Virus record (IMG/VR): IMGVR_UViG_3300028591_000129
Coordinates: 40,811 to 104,810 of that record
Origin: a virus
Taxonomy: Duplodnaviria; Caudoviricetes
DNA: 64,000 nucleotides
Reading direction: 5' to 3' (one strand)
Position 1 is the stretch's first letter, and every line of letters starts with the position of its first letter. A program made the translations under genes and the position numbers. Under the pieces are notes generated by a model. The model ran no database searches. It was given only the letters and a program-made list of their open reading frames with translations, and was not told where the DNA came from. Of this stretch, positions 51,543 to 62,312 are shown piece after piece.

Positions 51543-54500
51543 ACATTTAACCCCCTAATTTCTTTGGTCTATATGGCTTGTACTTCGGAATGTCCCTGTA
51601 ACCCTCTGTAAGCCACTTAATAAACGCTCTTACCAATTCATAAAGTAATCTGACTGTTCTCTTGAACATTGTCTTTCTCCGTCCCTCACGGCTCGTGCTA
51701 CGCCCTGTCTCAACAACGCGTCTATCTGTCTCTGCTTCTCGGCGACCTTATCCTCAAGTCTCCAATTCTCGCGTCTGAACATTGCCCACGCAACAACAAA
51801 ACCGATAAGTGCACCTGCTACGATTAATTCCATATCAATCTCCCTCCTCTAACTGTAAGTCGATATACATTGCGTCGTCGTGTACAGTTATCAAGCATAC
51901 GTCTGCATTTAACAAGGCGTCGCTTAAGATACCGTCAGCATAACCCTCACAGATAGCCTTTACGCAAACGTTCGGCTTGTCAATGTCTCCGTTACCGTCA
52001 CGTGCTGTGTTGATATACACGTCACACAATGCACTTGAAATTAAGTCCTTTACTGTCATTCTGTCTACCTCGTTTCTGTTTATGAGTTTTAATTTGCAGT
52101 ATCAATATAACATAGTACCGATATATTTGTCAATACTATTTTTTCAACTCAAACGACGTCTTCTTTCTTTTGCTCAAATCCACGCTTACAAGCTCTGTCA
52201 CTTGGCTTATGATACCTTGAGATAGAATGCTCACTCCAAGTCGCCTGCATAACCTTACTCATACACTCAATGCCTACGACAGTCTCTTCGCCACACAGCC
52301 ACTTGCAATCACGACAATGGTGTATGTCATTGTCTGCTTCATACTTCGCTGTTCTCGCTTTCCAACCGTCCTTATATCCTTGGTCATATATCTGCTTGAA
52401 TATCTTCTCCACTCTCTTGTGAATGTCCATTCTCCTGCTCCCCCTCAACCGTTAGCTTGACCTGCTTTTCAGGTAACTTCTCCATTACCATAAGTGCGTT
52501 ATGGAAGTTAAGCATAATCGTGCGTATGGCACTGTTCGCCTGCTCCATATCGGACACCGTCGCTAACACGTGTTCAATAACCTCAAGCACATATCGAAGT
52601 AACTCTGCGTGATTACCCTCTTCAAGGATTACACGATTGACCACTGTTGCTAATTCGCCGTTAACAGGTGCACCCAACAAAAAACTATGCATTGGCGTAT
52701 ATGTCTCGTCAGTAATAGCCATAAGCTTATCCTGATTGCTCGTAGGCACTCCCTGCATTGCGTTAATCGCTATGCCAAACGCTTCAATATCCTCGTCTAA
52801 CAGATTTGACGGTGACGCCTGTAATCGCTCCCTGTACGCCTTGATAATCTCTAACGCTATCTCTTCAGTCATATCACTGCCTTTCTCGCCACTCGCGAAG
52901 TAAATTAGGTGTAACGAATTCAACGGTCACCTGATAAGGCATTAATGCTTCACTCCACTGTGCTTGTGTATTCAAGTCAAGCACTCTGTTCTTTTCCTCA
53001 AGAACATAGCCTGCGTCCTCTCCCTCTAAAATCTCAACTCTCAAGTCTACCTTTGCTCTCATTCTCCTCTACTTCCTTTCTAACACGTTCCTTTCTAACA
53101 CGCACTACTTCACAGGCGGGACAACATATTGGAAAGCTCTCTTGCTTGCCCATAGTTATATACCCCGTTTCTGACATAACATATGTGCCTCCAATACCAT
53201 CTACCCAAAGTGACATATAACCGATTATCTGTCCACACTGTCCGCACTTTAATGCATACCGCTTCATTCTCGTTTTCCCTCTTATATGTCTCTATGCCAC
53301 TTGCACGTTTTGCAATCGCCTTGAGCTAAATACTCTTCCGAATGCTCCCAATAATCTTCCATATTGTACGTCTTCATTCGCTTGCAAGCGGGGCAACAGA
53401 TAACCGTTATATCAGGCGTACCGTAGTCTGTAAGCTGTTGATACTTATACATTTCATACCTGTCATATTCCGCACCCCAATCGGTACAAGTCTCACAATT
53501 ACCGTTACAAGTGTCGGCGTCGTCGTATAAACTGCAACTCATTTCTGTATCACTCATTTTTCTTCCCCCTTGTATGTCGCACCTTATCAATATGAATGTA
53601 AGCGGTATTGGAATGTGTAAAGAAGTCGTCATTAAGCCAATTAGTGAATACCTTTAACAAACACTCCGTACAACAAGCCTCTGTATCAGTTACACTGTCA
53701 CAGCTATCGTTACCCCAATCACGGTGTCCTGTTTGTATGTCAAAATAAAAAGTTTCTTCCCAACCATATGCGTTGCACTTGTATTCTCCCTTTTTACCAC
53801 ACACGTCGCACACAAATTCTTCCGATACAACCTCGTCAACTTCCTTAACTACTTTCTTGGTTACCTTATTTATCATTCTCTTCCCCCTTTATCCAACGAT
53901 TATAGGCTTCGATAAAAGCTTCTTTGGTAATGACGATACTATCGCTAAAATACTTGTCGTCAATAACCTTACGAACACATATCCCACTGTCTGTAACTAT
54001 CATTTTGTTATAGTATTTATTCATTATTCCCCTCCTTGCACCCAACTCTCGCAATCTTTTTCACTCCCGTATGCTTCGCAAAGAATGTCGTGAACACAAT
54101 CACAAACTTCATTACACGTTGTACTGTTGATATATGCTTTCTTTATCTTCTCTACTACTTCCAATGATTTAATAGCCTGTGATATAGCGTGAATATGAGT
54201 TCTTTGAATTTCTAAACCACGTTCTCCAATAGGTAAACGACACCCTGCACCTAACCCTGCTCGAAAATTCTTTAAATCATCTATTGCTTCTTTGTTAGTC
54301 ATTCTCTGCCCCTTTCGTCATCTTTGCACCGCAGTTAGGACAATAGTTTGACTTTACTTTCTGATTGGCATATTCAACTCTATATACCTTTTTACGGCAG
54401 TTAGAACAGTAAACACCCTCGTTTGAACACTCGTCTAATAAGAACCAATGCCCTGTTGGTCTTTCTTCCGCCTTACCTCGCTCATAAGCCTGTTTCCACA

Positions 54501-55485
54501 GCTTATCGGAATACTCGGATAAATCGTCTATCGTAGGTGCATTTTCGATAACTTCTCGTCTGAATATATCCATTTCCGTAATCCCAAACTCTGACTTACA
54601 TTTCAGTATGAAATGTTCTCCCTCAAGAAGTTTGTCTGCATCAATTAATCTCATTCTCTGCCTCCTTAAAAACTTCGAGCAATTCCTCTAAATCAGAATG
54701 AACAGTACCTAACACTTGCTTTCTGCCATATGAATAATCACTATTGCCATCTTCAACTTCGTATAGACGAAGTGCGTTATCTCTCATACTCATTAAAGAT
54801 TTGATTACCTCTAACGAATCAACAGCAAGTCTAATAGCCTGATTTGCCTCATTATCTGCTTTGCACCCGTCATAAGGGCTGATATGATTTTCTAATACTA
54901 AAATAGCTTCATCAATTTTCATTCTCTGCCTCCTTTAACTCGTCTTTAACTCGCATATCCGCACCACAATACGGACAAAATTTGAAAAACCTTATTGAAG
55001 CATTGGTGTTATGGCTTATTCCTGTTCTGCAAAACGGACACACTTTGTCGCCGTTAAGTATAAGCCACGCACCTTGCGGTCTTTCTTCCTCATAGGAATT
55101 GCAATCAATAACATTTGTGTATTGAGCATTAAATAACTCAAAAAGATAATTGCACATTTTATTATGCACGCATTTGACTCTATCACATTCTGTATTACTC
55201 ATTCTCCCACACCTCTTCAACATCGGGCTCTTCACAACCGCATAACGGACACACGCAAACGTCGTCACCGTTAGGCGCATAGTCGTATCTGTAAGCAAAC
55301 TTCTCAAATAATCCGTGACAACAACCGCACTTATACTTCATTAACCTCTCAACTGTATATCCCATATCAGCATTACAGTTAGGACAGGTTCTTGTATAAC
55401 TATCGGTAACAACGCCACAAGCAGAGCAAGTATGCTTACCGCTTTTAGCCACTAACCATTTAGCTTCTTTCATATTCTTTCCACC

Positions 55486-55818
55486 TCACTTCAGGTGCTT
55501 CTTAATCTCGTCAAGGTTCAACACATACACGGGGTACTCACACCAACCCGACGGTATTGCCATACCCAAGGGCGCGCCAAGGTTATTCTCTTCTATCCAC
55601 TCGGTAACACCGTGCAGATTATTAACGTCAATGCACACGTGCGTCTTATTACTCGGACGGAATAACGGAATGTTCACCGTGAGCATTGCAAACGGCTCAT
55701 ATCCATACTCACCCTTTATCTTGCACCACATTTCTACCGCTGTACCGTCACCCTCTGTGTACTTTTCGAGCGTGAAGCAAATGTCATACTCATTGTCCCA
55801 AGCCTTATACTTCAGCAT
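55486..55818 (-). CDS. DUF4313-like protein
   Basis: EPFAMLTVNI, IDVNN, SGWCEYPVY. Confidence 0.55.
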   Translation of the reverse strand: MLKYKAWDNEYDICFTLEKYTEGDGTAVEMWCKIKGEYGYEPFAMLTVNIPLFRPSNKTHVCIDVNNLHGVTEWIEENNLGAPLGMAIPSGWCEYPVYVLNLDEIKKHLK

Positions 55819-56477
55819 AACGTCACCTCACTGAAATACCTTTTCGTAGTCGTATTCAATCCCTGTCGTGAAAAAGAAACTGTCCACTCTCTCCCACTGC
55901 TCGTCAGGGTCTTCCACGTCCCACGCAAGAAACAGCTCGTGCAGTGTGCCCGCCCCAAGCCCCTCAATGAAGTCACGGTCAAACCCTGCCTCAATAAGGC
56001 TCTCTCTCATATGCTCAAAAAACCACTTTGTTCCACTCATTGTGTCTTTCTCCTTTTTACGAGTTTTTAGATTTATGTATATAGGATAACATAGTAAGGA
56101 TAGTATGTCAACTACCCTTATGCTACCTTAATGTTTCCGTTAATACGCCTTAAATGTGGAACAAATACAACTGAATGTCTCATAATCAGTGTAATAGATA
56201 TGAATATACGCCTTTACCTTATCCGCACCAAGCAGGTGAAGTTCGTCGTCTTTCATTACGGCATTATAAATATCCTCTTCTGTTCCCTCAATAACTGCTT
56301 TGTCGTTTTCGTTATCATAATAGCAACAGTCACAGTCCCAATCTAAAATTGCTGATAATAACTTTCTTACTCGTTCTGTCTGTGTCATTTTACTCTCCTT
56401 ATCGTATTATGAGTTTTCGTTTGATGGCTATATACTACCAAAGGATTTTTTGGTTGTCAATACCATTAATGGGACAG

Positions 56478-57629
56478 TTAGAAAAGTCGCCTGTGAACGC
56501 TTCCAAATAACTGTCTCTCAACGTCCTGTCTATACTCGTCAGGGATTAGATACAGGTTGTCCTTGACGTACTTCTTTACCACGTCTTTCACGTACACTGT
56601 CGGCTTCCCCGCGCCTATGTTCATATGACGTCTTACGTTGCTCTTGGGAATAAACATTTCAGATACGTCACTCTTGCCCGTAGACAGATAGCAACTATTG
56701 AACTTAAGGAAGTTATCAAACTGCCCGCCTATCGTATCCGTACCACAGCAACAACGTGACTGACTTAAATAGTGAAAGTCGTTATCCGCCACACCGACCT
56801 TAACACCAAAGCTGTTCGCAACCTTTATCAAGAAATCTATGTTCTTTCTCTTCACTTTCGGGTCAAAACACGTGACACCTATGTCCTGAATAAAATCAGA
56901 CATATTCTTACAATTCTGCTTAAGCGCTTCCTGTCCTGCCCAACTATCCGCGATTACGTGCAAATGCTCAATGGAATAATAACTCGGCAAGTCACGCAGA
57001 TTTAACATAAGCAAGACCGCTTCCCACTTATTGATTATCGGTTGAATACGCACACTGCACCAAAAACCTTTATTCCTTAACAGCTTAACAAACTCGGCTC
57101 TTTCCTGTGCCGTCGGTGTGTTATGTTCCCACTTCTTTATATACTCGGGTGTCCAACCCATAATGGAAGACTGAAACGCGTGTATCTTCGGGTCTAACAA
57201 CTCAAAATACTCGTCAGGCAAGTGCGCTGTCTTTGTGCTAAACACTATCGGATAATCATACTCTTTAGACAGCTTTATAAGCTCTTTTGTCAGCCCTAAT
57301 TCCCACTCTCGGGACTGAAAAGGGTCAGACATTCCACCGCAATGCAGGGGAACTTTATGACGCAATAACTCGACCAATACGCTCGCTGTCTCCTTATCAG
57401 TCTCAAATGCTATGTTGAACATTCTGCGCACTTTCTTTACGTCAGCATTACGCCACGTTGACAGCCCCGTGCCTATCTCGTGAAATGCGTTCATATTAGA
57501 AAAGCAGTAGGCACACCCGTAATCACAGCCCCTATACATATCAATTCGAAATGCCATAGGGCAAAACTTGAATTGACTTGTTAACTGCATACACTCGTGA
57601 TATATGCCCGTATCCTTTACTTCACCCAC
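56478..57629 (-). CDS. radical SAM protein (SplB-like)
   Basis: DMYRGCDYGCAYC (CxxxCxxC), GGMSDPFQ, FSTK, VRIQPII. Confidence 0.8.
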   Translation of the reverse strand: MGEVKDTGIYHECMQLTSQFKFCPMAFRIDMYRGCDYGCAYCFSNMNAFHEIGTGLSTWRNADVKKVRRMFNIAFETDKETASVLVELLRHKVPLHCGGMSDPFQSREWELGLTKELIKLSKEYDYPIVFSTKTAHLPDEYFELLDPKIHAFQSSIMGWTPEYIKKWEHNTPTAQERAEFVKLLRNKGFWCSVRIQPIINKWEAVLLMLNLRDLPSYYSIEHLHVIADSWAGQEALKQNCKNMSDFIQDIGVTCFDPKVKRKNIDFLIKVANSFGVKVGVADNDFHYLSQSRCCCGTDTIGGQFDNFLKFNSCYLSTGKSDVSEMFIPKSNVRRHMNIGAGKPTVYVKDVVKKYVKDNLYLIPDEYRQDVERQLFGSVHRRLF

Positions 57630-58672
57630 TTTATGCTCCTTGTCATTAATCGCGCTTTCAACATCTTCTCGTATATCTTCGACTTTTGTGGCGGGTAGAA
57701 TATAAACTCACTCCACAATGCGAACATAGACATAATCAGAAATCTCTCTGAAACAGTGACCCTATACAACTGCCCGAGACAGTACTTATAGTAATCTTCA
57801 TTGAATGGCAACTTATCGTGGTCAGCCATATAGATATATTCAACACAGCACTTATAACACGACCCGCACCTGTTATGAAAAAGGTCTACTCCAAACTTTT
57901 CTTTTACCCAATTTCTGCGGTAATCCCTTAAGCTGTGACGACACAGGCAAGACAAACTCTCGTTAAGTAAGTTCGCCCTGTCAGCTAACAGATTTAACGT
58001 GTCGCCCATATTGTCGAGCACTGCCATTACCTTGAAATCAGGTATTGCACGCTGAACGATAACGTCGTACGAATTCCACATATCCATACAATCACCCGCA
58101 CAACGGTCAAACGCGTTATCTACCAACTCACTTGTCAGATAGTTACCAAAGGCAATATTTGTCGTTATCCCCTCACGAATACCATATGACAATGCACCGT
58201 TAGCGATTATCATATTTTTCATTGGGTGTTCCATCCACATATGGTGTCCCTTAAACCCTATGTCGTCAAAGAAGATAGGCATACCCAATAAGTCCGCTGA
58301 CCTTTGCGCACACTCCCACTCGTCAGCAAAAGACGGGTTGATATGCTTCAAGTGATACAGTTGTACGTTATAGCCTAATTCCTTGTATTTAATCGCCGCC
58401 GCGATACTGTCCTTGCCCCCGCTGAAGCACAGGATAATATTCTTATTCTGCATTGCATTCAACGGCGGGTAGGGTGTGTCCGTATACGCAACTTCCCACG
58501 TATACTCCCACGGATTAAATTTATTAAACACGTCAACTAAACTCTTGAATGAACGGTCAAATACAGGCTTGACTAACATTCTCTGTGGCGCGTCAGATAA
58601 CAGCGCAAACAGCCTGTCAATATCGTCCATTAATGGGTGTATGTTAGGCTCTACGTGATTAATCGTCTGCAT
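57617..58672 (-). CDS. PP-loop ATPase, QueC-like
   Basis: CFSGGKDS; C-terminal SC...CGSCYKC zinc site. Confidence 0.65.
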   Translation of the reverse strand: MQTINHVEPNIHPLMDDIDRLFALLSDAPQRMLVKPVFDRSFKSLVDVFNKFNPWEYTWEVAYTDTPYPPLNAMQNKNIILCFSGGKDSIAAAIKYKELGYNVQLYHLKHINPSFADEWECAQRSADLLGMPIFFDDIGFKGHHMWMEHPMKNMIIANGALSYGIREGITTNIAFGNYLTSELVDNAFDRCAGDCMDMWNSYDVIVQRAIPDFKVMAVLDNMGDTLNLLADRANLLNESLSCLCRHSLRDYRRNWVKEKFGVDLFHNRCGSCYKCCVEYIYMADHDKLPFNEDYYKYCLGQLYRVTVSERFLIMSMFALWSEFIFYPPQKSKIYEKMLKARLMTRSIKWVK

Positions 58673-59486
58673 TTGTTCGACACGCCCCTCGTATCTCGAA
58701 TATCCACATATCAAATACTGCCTGCTTATTTATCGACCTGATTTGAACCTCTTGCAACTTTGCGGAAGTAATCTGTATCCACGCGATATACTTGTCTCTT
58801 AAATCCCTGTCACCGTTCTCTTTTATCCTGCGCATACATTCTGCACGGAATGCCTGAAAGAATATCTTAACGTCATAACCCTCGGCGTCGTCGGTAAACG
58901 CTAACTTGTTCTCCATTTTGAGAGCATTGCTTCCCGACACGTCCGCAATGTTATCTATTACAAGCGTGACAAAATCAAAGAAGTTGTTTCCCCACTGCTT
59001 CACAAGATTAACTTCCCTGCCGTTATTACAGCAGTTAGCGTACAAGTTTAAATCAGCTTCAGGGTCGTTTAAGAATGACGCAATATCACTGATTGAATAG
59101 CTGTCCATATTGTACACATTTGCTCTGCTCGTCAATGTCGGAAGTACCCGTTCCTTATCCGTAGTTGACATTACAAAATATGCGTTTCTCGGGGGCTCTT
59201 CCGTGACCTTTAACAGTGCAGACTTTGCAGGATTACTCATAATGTCACAATCAGGAATAAAGTACAACGTTAACTCGGGTGTCTTATAACTGTTTCCGAC
59301 TGCCTCACGAATAGCCTCAACTGCCTTATCAACCTCGATAAAGTCAGCCTGCATTTCCTTGGCTAACCACTGTGCGATAGTGCGCCTGCCACTGCCCTCT
59401 TCTCCAACAAGAATGATAAACCTTGGCAACTTATTAAGGTGCACGAGTGACCCTAATCTGCTTATTAAGTTTCTTTGACCAATCAC
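58659..59486 (-). CDS. holB: DNA polymerase III delta'-like clamp-loader subunit
   Basis: MIGQ, degenerate Walker A GEEGSGRRT, ALLKVTEEPP, LPTLTSRA. Confidence 0.8.
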   Translation of the reverse strand: MIGQRNLISRLGSLVHLNKLPRFIILVGEEGSGRRTIAQWLAKEMQADFIEVDKAVEAIREAVGNSYKTPELTLYFIPDCDIMSNPAKSALLKVTEEPPRNAYFVMSTTDKERVLPTLTSRANVYNMDSYSISDIASFLNDPEADLNLYANCCNNGREVNLVKQWGNNFFDFVTLVIDNIADVSGSNALKMENKLAFTDDAEGYDVKIFFQAFRAECMRRIKENGDRDLRDKYIAWIQITSAKLQEVQIRSINKQAVFDMWIFEIRGACRTNADD

Positions 59487-59770
59487 TTCTTCTTCTCCTT
59501 CAACTTAAATGTATTGTCTATCGCCACGGCTAATGTCTGTACTAATGCCTCGTCTTCCGATAAATCGTCTCTGCCTATCTGTATAAATATTCCGTGTACC
59601 ACCTCGTGTATGAGCGTCTGTCTTTTTATTGCGTCAGGCTGATTTTTTCGAAGATATATAACCCCCTTGGTGTACTTTATCTTACCTTGTGTTATACCCT
59701 CTCGGCTCTCGTCAATGACGTCAACCTCTTCAATCTTAAATGGCACTCCCAATATGTTAACAGTTCTCAT
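59483..59770 (-). CDS. small HExxH metallopeptidase-like protein
   Basis: TLIHEVVHGI...E. Confidence 0.6.
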   Translation of the reverse strand: MRTVNILGVPFKIEEVDVIDESREGITQGKIKYTKGVIYLRKNQPDAIKRQTLIHEVVHGIFIQIGRDDLSEDEALVQTLAVAIDNTFKLKEKKK

Positions 59771-60568
59771 ATTATAACCCCCAAGTCACACACGATTTGC
59801 AACAGTAAATGACACAACGATTACTCCCACGAGCAGAAAAATCAATAGCATAACTAACAGCAATTCAAACGACGTCATACCTCTTCGCATATCTCACCTC
59901 AATAACGTCTGCAACAGTTCTATTACCCACTTGAGTATAAGACTGACCGCTATCAACAGCCCTATCAACGTCAACAAATTTACCAATATGCTCTCCATTA
60001 CGACACCTTATACACCCCAATTATCCTATCCAAGCTGAATACTGCAACAAGTACTACCGCGGGGTCTTCCTCTTTAGCGTTCTTACCTTTTGCATAAAAG
60101 CATATGGCATTATCAGAATAATCACATTCGTCTGCCGACACCTCTACTAACATAGTCTTATCTACTATCACTTCCCACCTGCACATATCACTTCTTCTTT
60201 CCTGTATCTACGCCTGTCCGAAACAAGCACGTGCTCAACAATGCCAAACACAATGCCTGCTTAAATGTAATCGTTGTAAGTCCGAACACCTCGGGCATTA
60301 CCCAATTCCACAACAACATTACAGGCAATGCTATTAATATTGCCATAATAATAAGCGTTACTGCTACCACTACTGCTCCCTTAACTGCGTCGCTCCACTT
60401 CATATCAAATCTCCCCGTCTATAATCTCTTTCAGTTTCGTAAGACAATCCTCGGCACTCATTGGCTCGATTATCTTGCGTGTCCGTCTCACATAGTTCTC
60501 CATTAAGTCATAACGCTGTGCTTTTTCTATGAGCGCCTGCATACACTGCATAAATTCCTTATCTGTTA

Positions 60569-60880
60569 TCATATCAATCTCTTCCTGTGTCTTTGATTTG
60601 CTACCACCGCTATTCTTGCGTCTGCAATAGGTAAGTACTCGTCAGTAAGCTCGATACCAACATAACTGTAATCTGCGTCTCTGTCTCGGTTCTCGTACAT
60701 TACAGCTTTACCTGTACTACCACTTCCGTTAAACGGGTCAAGCACTGTACCGCCCTCGTTACCCTTAACTTCCTTATAGAAACTCTTGAACTCTTTAGTC
60801 TCTTTCTGCTCGGGAACTTGGTTATCACACATTAAGTCACACAAGTCCTCTAATGTCTCTACCTTGAACTCTTTACCCAT
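60569..60880 (-). pseudogene. chimeric remnant ending in the motif-I half of an N4/N6 DNA methyltransferase
   Basis: VLDPFNGSGSTG...VGIELTDEY present; no DPPY/SPPY catalytic motif. Confidence 0.65.
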
Positions 60881-61109
60881 TGTCCTCTCCCACTGATATT
60901 CTGTAAGTAATCTGTGCACCACAGTTGGTACAGTGGCATTCGTGGATTATTCACTCGCCCTCTTCGCCATAGTCGCTGAAATCAAAATCAGTGTCCCAAA
61001 TAACTGATTTACACCCGCAGTGGAAACATTCGTATTCGCCATAGTCGCTGAAATCAAAATCAGTGTCCCAAATAACTGATTTACACCCGCAGTGGAAGCA
61101 TTCGTACAT
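60873..61109 (-). pseudogene. zinc-finger gene with a 72-bp internal duplication and an in-frame TGA
   Basis: M-[YECFHCGCKSVIWDTDFDFSDYGE]x2-EGE*IIHECHCTNCG; TGA at 60953-60951. Confidence 0.7.
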
Positions 61110-61122
61110 ACTACTATCTCCT

Positions 61123-61626
61123 TTACCTGTCTATTGCACCGACCAAAGTTGCTTCAATAAGCACCTTGGGCTGTGTGTCATACTTAACTGCACTGTTCAA
61201 CTTGACGACAACGTCGAGCAATCTCTGACACGTACCGAACCAATCAGGACACTTCTTCTTTATCCCCTCTAATGTATCCTTATACGTGCTCGGCATTTGC
61301 ATATACTCGAACTTACCTGTAATGTCATACTTGACCACGTCAAGCAGGAAATTCATATAATCCTTGAGAAACTGCTTCAAGTCTTTTCCGTCAGCGTGTA
61401 CACCCTCAAGCACCTTAATCAGATTTGCAGGCGCTCTGTCTTGCACCGCGTCAGTAAGCTCGAAAAATAATTTGTAGTCGACTGTCCCCAACGCCTTGAC
61501 TATATTCTCGACTGTAACGTCCTCGGAATATGAAATGCACTTATCAAGAAGTGTGATTGCGTCACGCATTCCACCCTCTGACATACGCGCAAGATACTCC
61601 AATGCTTCTTCCGTATATGTAATCAC
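61123..61626 (-). CDS. dnaX: DnaX-like clamp-loader subunit, C-terminal part
   Basis: EALEYLARMSEGGMRDAITLLDKC. Confidence 0.8.
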   Translation of the reverse strand: MITYTEEALEYLARMSEGGMRDAITLLDKCISYSEDVTVENIVKALGTVDYKLFFELTDAVQDRAPANLIKVLEGVHADGKDLKQFLKDYMNFLLDVVKYDITGKFEYMQMPSTYKDTLEGIKKKCPDWFGTCQRLLDVVVKLNSAVKYDTQPKVLIEATLVGAIDR

Positions 61627-61636
61627 TCGTCCTGCC

Positions 61637-62299
61637 TCACTCTATCTTAAATGGTAAATCTAATGCACCAAAACCGTCCGTATTTGCGTTCTGCTCTTCC
61701 GTCGATACACTTTCCCTTTTCTCTCCCACGGGCGCAGATTTGACCCCATTCTCGCTGTCTATGATATATCGCAGACGCTCAACGATAGCGTGCTGACTTA
61801 ATCTGTGAAAATCATATCTTTGAACTCTCGACAAAATCGTGCTCGGGATTTTCTCGGGGTTTGTCGTACAAAAGATAAAGATACTCTTCTTCGGGGGTTC
61901 TTCCAACGTCTTAAGAAACGCCGCCCACCCGTTAGGCGTGACTGCGTGCGCCTCGTCACAGATAAACACCCTGTACTCACTGTCAAGGCTCTGTGTCTGC
62001 GCCTGCTGAATGATATTCCTTACGTCGTCAACACCGTTATTACTTGCCATATCCAACTCGATAGGCTCACCCTGTCCGTGGTTTATCTCGTTAGCAAATA
62101 TCCTCGCTGAACTCGTCTTTCCACAGCCTGCGCTTCCACAAAATAAGTATGCGTGCTTAACCGTATTTGTCTCGATTTGGTGCTGTAATATCTTCCTTAC
62201 GGACGTCTGCCCACAAATCGACTCAAACGATTGAGGGCGATATTTCACAGCAAGCGATACATTTACACCACTAAACTCGTTTTTTACACCACTCACCAC
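61637..62299 (-). CDS. dnaX: DnaX-like clamp-loader subunit, N-terminal AAA+ part
   Basis: KYRPQSF, GSAGCGKT, DEAH, LKTLEEPP, TILSRVQ. Confidence 0.9.
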   Translation of the reverse strand: MVSGVKNEFSGVNVSLAVKYRPQSFESICGQTSVRKILQHQIETNTVKHAYLFCGSAGCGKTSSARIFANEINHGQGEPIELDMASNNGVDDVRNIIQQAQTQSLDSEYRVFICDEAHAVTPNGWAAFLKTLEEPPKKSIFIFCTTNPEKIPSTILSRVQRYDFHRLSQHAIVERLRYIIDSENGVKSAPVGEKRESVSTEEQNANTDGFGALDLPFKIE

Positions 62300-62312
62300 T
62301 AATACCTCGCCT

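Larger units (their letters stand above)
41730..55473 (-). other. accessory region rich in small modular genes (MRLIDAD, MKIVIDIPE and RPQGEW...CxxC...FCPNCGADMR modules)
   Basis: zinc-ribbon ends in ORFs 41730, 42280, 43440, 44375, 46091, 47372, 54295, 54912, 55195. Confidence 0.8.

Noticed and set aside
56478-58672. Calling these genes queE and queC of a 7-deazaguanine pathway
   Set aside because: Both are much longer than typical QueE/QueC and the other pathway genes are not visible; left as family-level calls.
60951-60953. In-frame TGA as a sign of stop-codon reassignment (TGA=Gly)
   Set aside because: TGA ends many intact genes here (e.g. at 4549, 5643, 32845); a single nonsense change in an already duplicated gene is simpler.
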